From Eledone cirrhosa (Eukaryota): a stretch of 64,000 bases of DNA. The stretch is from assembly GCA_964016885.1 (NCBI GenBank), contig OZ024743.1, forward strand, positions 46,562,001 through 46,626,000, read 5' to 3'. Below the pieces are notes generated by a model that did not search any database, was not told where the DNA came from, and saw only the letters and a program-made list of their open reading frames with translations. A program made the position numbers and the translations under genes. Shown here piece after piece: positions 1-11,339 of the stretch. Every line of letters starts with the position of its first letter. Positions within the stretch are counted from its first letter, which is position 1.

Positions 1-179
1 TGTTGCTAATCTATCTCCGGCAAAATCTTATTTTAAGTGGTAGCATTCCTGTGATGATTATATATATATATATATATATACATGCGTGTGTGTGTGTGTG
101 TGTGTATACACAAACACAAGGGTGTTCATGGCTGTGTTTTTAAAACTTTCACTTCACAACCACGTGGTTTCGGGTGTCA

Positions 180-1820
180 TCCTACCATAAGCACTCTCAT
201 TGTACTAACCTTACTCAGGCTAAATTGTCCACTCTGCTGATAAAGGTGGTGCCATGGTGGTGCAGTGCGCAGACCTCTACAGAACTGAAGCACCTCCACC
301 AGCTTCACAATACCCATTTTTACTGGCCTCTACCCTCTGACCCCACATCAGACTACCAACAGCTCATGTCCTCCACTATTCTCCAACTTATCTCTTCCTC
401 TCTCCCACCCCCAACTGCTACTAATCTTATAGTATGCACCCCTCGTACACCCACCATCTACTTCCTCAAGATACATAAAGATGATAATCTGGGCCGCCCT
501 ATCGTTTCATCCCTTTCGACTGTTTAACTCCTTCTCTTCTGGCCCCTCTCGCCTTCTCTTTACCATGCACATTAACTCTCTACACCATCATCCTTCATGA
601 TAACTGTTTCCGTGCTCTCCGATATTTGTTAGACTTACGCCCTACCCCCTACCCGAGTATTTCTACTTTTCTCCGCCTTGTTGAACTTGTTCTCACTCTT
701 AATAGTTTTTCCTTTTCTCTGAGGTAGCCGTGGGTACAAGAATGGGGCCTAACTACGCCTACTAGTTTCTTGGCTATGTTGAGGCCTTGATCTTCTGCCA
801 GTTCACTGGTCTGACCCCTAGGATATACAGTCATTACATCGATGATTGTATTGGCGCCACCTGTCTCTCTCCCGTGAACAGCTCGACTCCTTTCTTTCCA
901 TCCTACCCTCACCTTCACCACCACTGTCTACAACTCTTCAGTCCAATTTCTTGATATCTCTCTGTCTGTTGATCACACTCACCACACACTCTCTACCTTC
1001 GTTTTCTATAAATCCACTAATTCCCACCCCTAACTGGACTTCACCTCCTCCCATCCAACCAACACGAAACTCTCCATACCCAACTCCGAATTTCTCCGTC
1101 TTCATTGGCTCTGTAGCCAGGACTACGATTTCAAGACCCAGTCTCAACACAACGCCCCCCCCCCCCTTCATCCAACATGGATATCCCCCCACCCTGATCA
1201 AAGCTGTCCACACCCATGAAACCAACCGTATCACAGCCCTTTCACCCCACCACCCTAACTCTCCGGTGACATATCGTCCTTTCTTTCCGCACCCTCTCTT
1301 CTGATCCCCATCACTGTCCAAACCCACCCATCACCACCTTTAAGCACACCCATAACTTCTGCAATTTCTTGGTATGTAGTTCCTTCCCTTTCCTCTCCCA
1401 TGACTCCACCCATATCTCACCCGTTCTCATCCCCGCTGTAACACCTGTTCCTTCATTTTTAATATCACCACTCTCACAGGCACTAACAATTCATTCCCTA
1501 TCCCCACCTCACCTGCACATCCATTCACATAGTCTATCCTCTCCGGAGTTCCCTTTGCACCTCCTTATACATCGGACAAACAGGCTGCCGTTTGGCAAAT
1601 CGTTTCACTGAACACTTCAGGGACATATGACTCGACAAGGATACCCCTGTTGCTCAACATTTCCAATCCCCAAGCCATTCTTCCGTACATGTATCAGTCC
1701 TTGGTGTCCTTTTACACCCTGGATCACTGGCCTCATATACCATGACTAAGCAGAGTCTGATTTTCCATCATGTATCCAGTTTCCCAATGGACCCAACTTC
1801 CCTCCACAATTTCTTTAATC
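180..1820 (+). mobile_element. Decayed Penelope-like retroelement (RT + GIY-YIG endonuclease), many frameshifts
   Basis: Fragments DKGGAMVV, IYFLKIHKDDNLGRPIVS, VAVGTRMGPNYA, HYIDDCIG, LLYIGQTGCRLANRFTEH, VAQHF in shifting frames. Confidence 0.88.
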
Positions 1821-2328
1821 TTACACACATACACTTGTGCTTACTTCTCTAACTCTAGACCCTGTCACCCTTACCCCGTCTGTTATTACACACGCACGTG
1901 TATATTCATCCCCTAGATTACTATGGCTCTGTTATGGTTAGAAACACACACCTCTACATTTACCTTGACAACTCTGTACAGAGCAACAACACACACACAC
2001 CCTTATATATACACACATTTGCTCACACATACTTTCTTAAACTTACATATACACAAACATATCCTCTTAGTTTCATACAGACATATACAAACATACACAC
2101 ATGCACATATACTAAACATTTATTTGTTTTTTTTTGTTTTTTAGATAAACGCGCTTGGTCACCACCTTTTAAAACAAGTTCATCTTTAAAAAAACGCCAG
2201 CATCAACAGCTTTCCTACAGATGGTGACATGAATGGACCTGTTATTTTTCTCTAAAAAAAAAATGTTCCCATTTATGCCACTGCCCTTCTACTCAATCTT
2301 TCTATTTCTTCTTTAATTTCGCCTTCTG

Positions 2329-2364
2329 TTTTATGATGAAGGACTAGCGCCTGAAACGTTAAGA
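2329..2364 (+). ncRNA. Degenerate minimal hammerhead ribozyme in Penelope-type 3' repeat (C3 mutated to A)
   Basis: tttt-ATGATGA-agg actagcg cct-GAAA-CGTT-aaga; homologous copy at 50865-50900. Confidence 0.6.
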
Positions 2365-2451
2365 CTCTTTTCCAACTATATCAAGAGTAAAACTAATAAT
2401 ATATTTCTTCATTGTACTGTGTTGTTTGCTTTTTGCGTGTGCAGACGTGCA

Positions 2452-2636
2452 CAGGGTATCCCAAAATATGTATACACACTTTTATTAGAATGCTGTTGAA
2501 GTGTGTGTGCATTTTTGGGACACCCTGTGTGTGTGTGTGCACGCATGCATGTGCATTATATATATATGGTCTCCTAAAAAATGTATACACATATTTATTA
2601 GAATGTTGAAGTGTGTATACATTTTTGTACACCCTG
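2452..2636. mobile_element. Two tandem tiny Tc1/mariner-type MITEs (2452-2527 and 2568-2636)
   Basis: CAGGGTATCCCAAAA...TTTTTGGGACACCCTG inverted termini; second copy similar but 5'-eroded. Confidence 0.65.
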
Positions 2637-2653
2637 TGTGTGTGTGCGTACTT

Positions 2654-2701
<48 letters not shown>

Positions 2702-2761
2702 CGTTTCTGAATTTGTTTAGCAAGATTCTTTATCTGAAATCGTGTGTTGAAACCGATATTG

Positions 2762-3823
2762 TACTTTGGGAGGGTCATGTTGCCAATAAGAAACACACGC
2801 ACCAGTTGCTTTCACTTCAATTTATTATAATAAATTTATAAATTTCTGGTTGGTTGGTTGGTTCCACAACCAGATAGTTGTTTATATATTGTCAAAGTTC
2901 TTTCGTCACACATTCTGTGACCTCTTCAGTGACTGGGGATTCTTTTCTTTGTTTTTGTGCCTCTCCTTTGTTCTGTCCTACGCCATGTTGTTTCTGTGTG
3001 TGTGTTGTGTGCTCAGTCTGCGCATGCGCCACATCCGGGTGTCTGTGTGTGTTTATATTCGTTTATTTATTTGTTTATTTACATGTTACCGGTTGGTTGT
3101 TTGTTCTATGTGTGTGTGTGTGTTTTCATTTTGTCCTTAATTGTAAGTTGTGATGTTGCTGTTCCACTCATATTTTCTATTTAATTTTGGTTGTAATTCT
3201 TTTATGTTTATTGCCTCTGTGATTTGTCTAAACATTGCGTCTTTTCTGTGTGTAGATTCTATTTTTATTTCTATGTTCTCTAATTTACCCTAAGAGTAAA
3301 TTAGAGAACATAGAAATAAAAATAGAATCTACACACAGAAAGGACGCAATGTTTAGACAAATCACAGAGGCAATAAACATAAAAGAATTACAACCAAAAT
3401 TAAATAGAAAATATGAGTGGAACAGCAACATCACAACTTACAATTAAGGACAAAATGAAAACACACACACACATAGAACAAACAACCAACCGGTAACATG
3501 TAAATAAACAAATAAATAAACGAATATAAACACACACAGACACCCGGATGTGGCGCATGCGCAGACTGAGCACACAACACACACACACACAGAAACAAAA
3601 TGGCGTAGGACAGAACAAAGGAGAGGCACAAAAACAAAGAAAAGAATCCCCAGTCACTGAAAGGTCACAGAATGTGTGACGAAAGAACTTTGACAATATA
3701 TAAACAACTATCTGGTTGTGGAACCAACCAACCAACCAGAAATTTATAAATTTATTATAATAAATTGAAGTGAAAGCAACTGGTGCGTGTGTTTCTTATT
3801 GGCAACATGACCCTCCCAAAGTA
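2762..3823. repeat. ~1.06 kb near-perfect inverted repeat (foldback A), ~525-bp arms, 7-nt loop at 3289-3295
   Basis: Arms are reverse complements with few differences (mirror ORFs 2850..3140+ and 3400..3735-); (TA)n tracts lie on both sides. Confidence 0.95.
2891..2933 (-). ncRNA. Hammerhead-like ribozyme motif in left arm of foldback A
   Basis: gtca-CTGAAGA-g-gtcaca gaatg tgtgac-GAAA-gaac-TT-tgac; the mirror copy at ~3653-3694(+) has lost one core G. Confidence 0.65.
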
Positions 3824-3824
3824 T

Positions 3825-3878
<54 letters not shown>

Positions 3879-4012
3879 CAAAGGAATTGTGGTAAGGAAC
3901 CAGATGGACCATAACACACCAGAGTACTGAATACTTAGGGTAGTAGAGTGGGTAATAGTCCAGAAATAGCCGTCGAAACGTCGTGAGCTCTGTCGTCGGG
4001 GTCATACTTTTT

Positions 4013-4092
<80 letters not shown>

Positions 4093-4095
<3 letters not shown>

Positions 4096-4354
4096 AATAT
4101 TAATAAATAGAAAATATCTTTATAATACCATATTTATTTTATTATACGTATTTCAAGGATACTAAATTTTAGTATGCTTTCATCAGATAAAATATAATAT
4201 TTGGTGTTAAGATATTGGCATACCATAGTGTAAACTTAATAGTATATGCCCGCTATCGATAGCGGGATTATACTATTAAGTTTACGCTAAGGTATGTCAA
4301 TATCTTAAAATAAATATGGTATTATAAAGATATTTTCAATTTATTAATATTGTT
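4093..4354. repeat. Foldback B, imperfect palindrome centred on CCCGCTATCGATAGCGGG (4249-4266)
   Basis: Inner and outer arms are reverse complementary; ~4141-4206 has no partner in the right arm; lies between (TA)n tracts. Confidence 0.9.
4136..4193 (-). ncRNA. Type I hammerhead ribozyme with canonical core
   Basis: attttat-CTGATGA-aag c atactaa aat ttagtat c ctt-GAA-ATACGTAT-A-ataaaat: 7-bp stem I, long stem II, palindromic stem III, AUA cleavage triplet. Confidence 0.82.
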
Positions 4355-4448
4355 AATATTAATAATACTCCAGATAAATACAGTAGAGTGCTTCAAATCT
4401 GTTATAAAATTGATTCTGTTGAATAATAATCAACAAACCATATAACTC

Positions 4449-4516
<68 letters not shown>

Positions 4517-4999
4517 TGAGTGAATGATAATAATATTATAATAATATATTATTAATATTCAGTTTGTTTGCAAGCCAACAGCCTCATAAACACCATGTTT
4601 TAGATGACTAATGACATCCTTTTATTCCAGTGGTAACTGAGAGGAAACAATCGACAGTTGTTTCAGAGTGTTTTGCTCCTTATCAAGATTGTGTATACTC
4701 GTCGCTGCTACCCACTGAAACTGCTGAGGATACATAGTATTCTCTAATGTATACATTGGCTGATTAGCCTCATTTGCATACCAAGTAATTTTACGGCCAG
4801 TTTTGCTAAAAATTGAAAAAACAAAATTTGTTTTCGCCCTTAACATGGTGGATACCAAAATATATTTGTGAGTGAATAACAATATTATGCATACTTATAT
4901 GCGAGCCCATGTAGTAATGGTATAAAAGACAAATTAATTTGTGTTGGTGAGTGACTTCATGCCAATCGGTTAAATGATATTTCTATGGATGCAGTTGAG

Positions 5000-5440
5000 G
5001 ATGACTGTGTGTAACGACACCCCAGCTGAGGAAGCAGAACTCCATTGTGTGCCTCACCTGAGCTTTGTAGAAGATTAGTAATTGTTGAGGAATTACGTAT
5101 TTCATGACTCTAAATTGAAAGGTTTGTGTAGTGGTTCTGTCTTTGCTGCTGAAGGAGACAAGATTGGCATGATGACATTTAGGAGATGCTTTTGAGGATT
5201 TTGTTGATGGAGTCAGTGCAGATTCTGTGTTAGGTATTTAGGTTGCATGTGGGTGGCACTTGGGTGTGGAAAGTTCAGGAGGAATGAAGGGTGGTATCAT
5301 CTGCAGAGGTGTGTGCATGGTTAACAAAGACAGCACATAGGTTGTTGGTGTGAAGGAGAAAAGAATGTGTGAAATAAAACTGAACTCAGGAGTACACCAG
5401 AGTTGATAGTGAGATACAGTTCTCAAAACAGAACTGTCTG
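5000..5440 (-). mobile_element. Highly decayed CR1/L2/Jockey-type LINE RT fragment
   Basis: INSGVLLSSVL (cf. INSGVPQGSVL) and SADDTTLH (cf. YADDTTL) remnants; boundaries approximate. Confidence 0.55.
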
Positions 5441-6416
5441 TAGCCCAAGATGTGTGATCTTACAAGCTAAGATCACACACATCTTCTTTATATCATGTAT
5501 CAGAAGTTGACTCTTTCCCTTTATTATTTCACTGTAGAGACATATGACTTTCCCACAAATAGTTCATCATTTATATCATCATTAATAGTTGTTGGGCACT
5601 TTTCATGAAAAACATTGTTTTCATTATTTTAGTATTTTCATCAAAAAGAATGAATGAATTAAATAACAAATAGAGAAAGAAAAAAGAAAAAAGAAAGACA
5701 AAAATCCACAAGTTGTTTACTTTAGTGCCATTTTTAAATGTTTCATCCCCCCCCCCCCCCCCTCCTTATCTCTTCTTCCGTCTTTCTGATGAAGGACTTA
5801 AGTCAACATTTTTTTTTAATTTCCCTTTCTCTGAGTCTGAAACTAATAACTTCTGTCATATTTTTGTGCCCTTGTGTTTCTATTTTGATTTTTATTCACT
5901 TGTATACATTACAGGCTTATATGGACCTCCACCTCCCCAAACCATTCCTGAAATTTCTATCCTGACACACTGGAGTACTACTTCCTATTAAACTAGATAG
6001 ATTTTTATTTCATTGATTGATTGGCAGCAGACTGAAAGGTAGATAGACAGATACACTAACAGCTTAAAAGAAAAGTAGATAGAGAGACATATAAGCAGAT
6101 GTACAGAAAAGTAACAGATACACAGAGAAACCCTATATATAGCCAGACAGGTAGAGAGAAGTAGCTAGATAGACACATAAACAGATACACATACATGCAA
6201 ACATACATACACATACATACATCAAAATAGATAGATAGATCTAGATAGATAGACAGATCATAATAGATAGATGGTTGGACAGATAAACCAATAGATTGAC
6301 TGAGCATACACACACACACACACTTGGACAAACAAGTAACAAATAAATACTTATATAACGAAGACTAAATCCCATAAAAGTTATTGAAATAAAAAGTGAT
6401 ATATTTGGAGAGAGGG

Positions 6417-6481
<65 letters not shown>

Positions 6482-6536
6482 GTGAGGTTTTTTTTACAAA
6501 ATGAAAAATAACCGAGGTGTCCTACACGAGTGAAAG

Positions 6537-6832
6537 TATAAAGAAAAAGAGATGAAATCGAAAATGCAACTGGAGTCTTATTTTTTTAAAAAATATATAT
6601 ATTTATTTGGTTCCTTTACCGGTTTCGCAGTTCTTCTGCTTTTCAAAAGGTGAGTTGAGATGGAGGGTCTGTGGTTTTTCTCACATCTGATGTGAGAAAA
6701 ACCACAGACCCTCCATCTCAACTCACCTTTTGAAAAGCAGAAGAACTGCGAAACCGGTAAAGGAACCAAATAAATATATATATTTTTTTTAAAAATAAGA
6801 CTCCAGTTGCATTTTCGATTTCATCTCTTTTT

Positions 6833-6839
<7 letters not shown>
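6537..6839. repeat. Foldback C, ~300-bp near-perfect palindrome with 1-nt loop at 6688
   Basis: ...CTCACATC T GATGTGAG... with ~150-bp reverse-complementary arms; (TA)n at ~6420-6475 and ~6836-6863. Confidence 0.95.
6726..6763 (+). ncRNA. Minimal type I hammerhead ribozyme, U3:A8 covariant core (mirror copy 6613-6650 on minus strand)
   Basis: cctt-TTGAAAA-gcag aagaa ctgc-GAA-ACCGGT-A-aagg: stems I and II perfect, palindromic stem III, GUA triplet. Confidence 0.8.
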
Positions 6840-6868
<29 letters not shown>

Positions 6869-7075
6869 TTGATCATATTTCAAAAACTCTTGTTGAAATC
6901 CTTGAGCCATTTTAATTATTTATGAAGACAATTATTTAAACAAATATTTTCATTACCATGGTGCTTAGATTGCAAAGGTTTATAATGGGTTAAAATTGTT
7001 AATATTTGGGATTAATTTCTGATAGTTCTAAAAGTGATAAACCATAATGTAAGTTAGTAGTTCACATTCTGGAAT

Positions 7076-7460
7076 TAACCCTTTTGATACTGTACTGTGT
7101 CTGAAACCATCCCTGGTTCTATGATACAAAACTGTATTGAAGTATTAAATTTATCAAAAAACCTTCCTTCTGATTTTCTGAAAGAACCTTTGTTATAAAC
7201 CAAACATAAGCTTATTAAGAAGAAAGTTATATTGCTTAATCCCTCCAAATGCTTGCTTTCTTTTTTTTTTATTATTTGAAAATCATAGGCAATGTTTTTC
7301 ATTTGAAATATGATGAAGGAAATATTAATCAACTTTACTTTCAAATAAGTCTAATTGTATTGTATTCAAGGAAATAACATCCTGTCACTTAACTGCATCT
7401 TTAGCTTCAAATAACTGCTTTTTTTAAGCTAATGAAAGTGTTAATGTTTTCATTAACATC
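7076..7460. mobile_element. AT-rich TTAA-flanked piggyBac-type MITE family (other copies or fragments near 8090-8337, 11445-11708, 23440-23732, 38940-39185, 39320-39530, 48745-48971, 57600-57800, 62880-63303)
   Basis: TTAA-CCCTTTT...AAAAGGG-TTAA termini and shared internal text (ttcttacataaaattatg, ctttctcattattaagctg); boundaries approximate. Confidence 0.65.
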
Positions 7461-9439
7461 ATCATCATCATCATCATCATCGTTTAACGTCCATCTTCCA
7501 CGCTAGGTTAGATGGTTTTGTTTTATTACATGTGGGAATGGTCGGGAGACCATGTCTCGCTCGTACGGAAGTGTCTCTAGCATAATATAATAAAAGGAGG
7601 AGTGCAGGACTGCATCCTGAATATATTTTTTTATCCCGTTTGTAAAATAAGTTGGATTACTTTGAATAAATAACGAATGAATATTACATAATTTATCTAC
7701 TAAATTTCGTAACTCTTAATTAGATATAAATAATGTTATTCCTTATTTCAAGATTCACTTCTTTAAAATTTTCAAATGTCAACACTTCTGGTTAGCGTCC
7801 TTTATACATCGCTTATATAAACGTTCATACATTTGCATCGTTATATAAGGTTTATATTTCCGTCGCTAATTTTCTCCTAATGCAGTTTATTTAGAATATC
7901 ACCTTTTTTAAATGTATCATGGATTACTTTACTGATTACAGAAGAGAGTGTAACAGTAGTCTGTCTTCACATTCTGTGCATATTCTCAATTACGATTTTA
8001 TTCGACGTATCATATCTAAATGCATGTATATTTGCATATAATATCAACATGCACATTACACATGCTGACAGAAAACCACCCGAAAGGTTCTTTTTCTGCT
8101 AGTATTTCTAATGAAGACACAGTCTATGATTTACAAACAATTTTGAAAATAATCAAAGCCTTGGGGGATTTACTAATATAACTAACTTTCTCGTTATAAG
8201 CTGAAGTTTGGAACATAAACCTTCTTACATAAAATTATGATGGAATGTTTTTAGATAAATATAAATACTTTAAAATAATTACCTTCACATTTGAGAACCA
8301 GTGACAGTTTCAGGCAGTTTTGTATCAAAAGAGTTAATATCTTAAAAACAAGTCATATTTGGTAGAATAACAAAAAACAGGCTGTTATATGTATGTTATT
8401 CTTGTAGGTGTCTTAAAATATTTCAGACAACAATTTGAAAAAATGGGAGAGATATATCAAAAGTAACGCACAGCTTCCATTGCTAAGAACAATATTAGGA
8501 AGGCCAACTGAGAATGTGGTAAAAAGTATTTCCTATTTATAAACTTCTTCAGCCATTCCTTCCGTGTAAATAAGTTTATTCGTTATTTTATTCAAAATTA
8601 CAAATCATATTGAGGATAGCTGATCCGCACCCACAATAAATTCACATTAAGAGATTTAAGCTAAATGGTTAGAAAAAGAATGATTTAAATTATTCTATAG
8701 AGTTGTGGAGGGATCAGTGGAATCCCAGAGGATGGTTTCAGTATGTTCAAACTCTGCCAAGGTCTGATTTTACTTTTCCTTCCTCAACTGCCATTGGTCA
8801 GAGCACCCATTGATGATGGGTCCTTCATTGGTTTCAAAAATGAGCATTCAGTTGTACAATTGTACTTTCATCTCAGAAATTAACATGTGAGTGGTTGAAT
8901 ATTCTAGAGATATATGCACCCTCAACATAATTTACAAGCCAAATCAACATGACACAACATGTGACAAAGCTGGAACTTTGAATTACAGGAACAGTCCATT
9001 CAACAAGATTCCACAGATTCTGTCTATCATATTTCACTCAGAAGGTTTGGGTTGACCTAAGACTATCTTATGGGCACTTGTCCAAGATGCTGCATAGTGG
9101 GATAAAACCTGGGACCTCATGATTGCAATGTGAACTTCTTAATTACACACTGCAACATGTACTGACAGCTGTCTCTAATACTCAAACTACCAAATGTAGT
9201 GTTGTTGTACCACAATGTTGGCTTCTTTGTCTATCACACACCACTATAACTCTACTCTAAAGATCTACCTGCCTCTATCACTTCTAACAACACATACTCT
9301 TAGGTGTTGTGCTCATAATTGTTTTGGCATTAATACACTGGTTGGATGCCCTTCCTATTCTCACTCATTTTTACTTACACAACTGAGACTTCAAATGTCA
9401 GGTCTTCACTGCTTTAATTTTTCTCTTGTTTTTACAGCT

Positions 9440-9770
9440 CACACCTATGTTGGTTTAGTTGGCCTCATAGAAGGTTTCTTAGGTGTTTTAATGATAGAGA
9501 TCCCAATGCTATCATGAAAAAACCCTTCTTGGATCAGTGCTAGTCTATTGCAGAAGTTAACTCCCAGCTGCAGCTGGTACTCATTTCCCATTTATTTTTT
9601 TCAACTGAGTGGATTGGAGTAATATGAAATTATGTATCACATTGAAGGTCATAACGTGCTACACAGTCCAAGAATTGGGCCTATGACCTTATGATTGTGA
9701 GTCAAACACCCTATCCTTCACATCATCCATTGGAGAACAACAACAAACTAATCTTCTCCAATATCACCAG
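9440..9770 (-). mobile_element. Old SINE-like family copy (related copies ~49470-49650 and ~62070-62285)
   Basis: Shared ggtttag(c/t)tggcctc...gtgttttaa block, Meta-like core remnant, and gagaacaacaacaaactaatc block shared with ~62250. Confidence 0.5.
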
Positions 9771-10787
9771 CACACAATCTATACACATATCAAATAAACA
9801 GCCTTACACTACAATCTCCCAATGTGCGAACAAATAAGAAATAGGCTGTTTAGTATCATTATTCGACAGGTTTTCTACAGAAGCTACTTTAAATAAACTA
9901 CATAACAGAAAGTGACAGCATGCTGGCATACACATGTTTCAAGTGTTTCACCTCCAATGTATGATCTATGCAGAACCCTGCTTGTGCAAATAATGTTGCA
10001 TGTAAGTGGTTGAGTATTCCAAAGACACATATACCTTTAACATAGTCTCGGGGAAATTCAGGATGACACAGTGTGACATGGCTGACCCATCGAATTACAG
10101 GTACAATTCAGTGAACTGAGGGGACTGGAGCATCTCTTGTTCAAAGACACAATGCACCACCAGGAATCAAACTCACAACCTTACAACTGAAAATCAAGCA
10201 GCCAAACCACTAAGCCACATGTCCCTCCTTCTCTCTCTCTCACACAGTTAACAAGTACTCATCCCACTTCATTGTTTATAATAGTTAAAATCAATTACAT
10301 CATGGAAGAGTCGTTTTAACCATACAAAAAAATACACAAAACAAATTCACTTTACATTTATCATTTCTTTTTTGGTATCAGTTTTCACCACACTGTTTTA
10401 GACTGTCAGTGTCAGTAATTGGGTCCCAAAGGGTGTGATGAAAATGTTGACACCAAGAAATACATGATAAATGTAAAGTGAGTGTTTTGTGAAACATTAA
10501 AATAACTCTCCCATGATATTTGTGCTTCATCAGTCTCAGATCAAATAATTTGCCAGGTAAGAACAACTTCAAAATAAACTAAATTTTGGGGACAAAATGA
10601 AAGTATTATCTCTGTACAAACATAACAGTTTGATATCACAATATTTACATTTCAATCTCATTAGTACACAAGCAATTATAATGCAGCCTTTCAAGTAAAT
10701 TAATTAAAACCAGAAAGAAAACAAAAAAAAACAGTAAATTAGATGTATTGTTAATAGATTAATCATACAGGATATAAAACAAGCAGA

Positions 10788-10991
10788 TTAACTCTTAATG
10801 TCCTGTACCGCATGAAACTGTATTAACAAGACATTCTTGAAAAAGTACAGTACAGTGCTATGACTGCATCTTATAAAAAAATTAATGTCTTTCTGCTAAT
10901 ATTGCAAATTTTTACAATGATCTGCAACATTTGAATAAACAAACCTTTTTAGACATTTTCTGCTAAATCATGGCTGGATGTTAAGAGTTAA
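10788..10991. mobile_element. Second TTAA-flanked MITE family (copy 2 at 41866-42087)
   Basis: TTAA-CTCTTAATGTCC...GATGTTAAGAG-TTAA in both copies with similar interiors. Confidence 0.75.
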
Positions 10992-11066
10992 TAATAATAA
11001 TAGCAATAATAATTTCTCAGTAGGCAACAGAAAATAAAATGTTAATTGTAAATAAATGCAACATAC

Positions 11067-11339
11067 CAGGAAATCTCTGAGGTAGTTGGGGTGATTGGGG
11101 TGGTATCTGGTCCCCACTAAATCTTGGCTGCTGTGGCTGCTGCTGCTGTGGTGGAGGCGGCTGTTGCTGCTGCTGCTGTTGTTCTCCTGAAAATCTGTTT
11201 CCTAAAAATCTAGATTCATGCTCACTTAAAAGAGATCCAATATGGCCTTCTGGTGGTACAGCAGAGACTGGACGCTTCGGATCATATATCAGTTGAGTAT
11301 CACTGAAAAAGGGAACCTGGCGAACACCCTCTGGCTTTT
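11067..11339 (-). CDS. KMT2C: KMT2C/D-like exon (EKPEGVRQVPFFSDTQL...QQQQQQQPPPP...QRFP); gene continues beyond window start
   Basis: TTCAACAG acceptor, GTATGT donor, 273 nt, phase 1-1; no stop, and the C-terminal FYR/SET domains are not seen in the window. Confidence 0.88.

Noticed and set aside
2850-3735. Pair of similar ORFs on opposite strands (duplicated gene?)
   Set aside because: By-product of the inverted repeat; low-complexity translations
4622-4882. Further host exon (86-aa minus ORF with acceptor-like TTTTTAG at ~4806)
   Set aside because: The ORF frame does not fit the phase-1 upstream exon, there is no KMT2-like motif, and the region looks like a decayed repeat
5787-5850. Intact hammerhead with long stem II (GGACTTA/TGAGTCT)
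   Set aside because: Alignment to the 2329 and 50865 copies shows the true GAAACG segment is deleted; the pairing looks fortuitous and there is no stem I/III
7600-8640. Possible sixth foldback (short inverted match ~7662-7678 versus ~8577-8595)
   Set aside because: Match is too short and AT-rich, and no hammerhead core could be assembled
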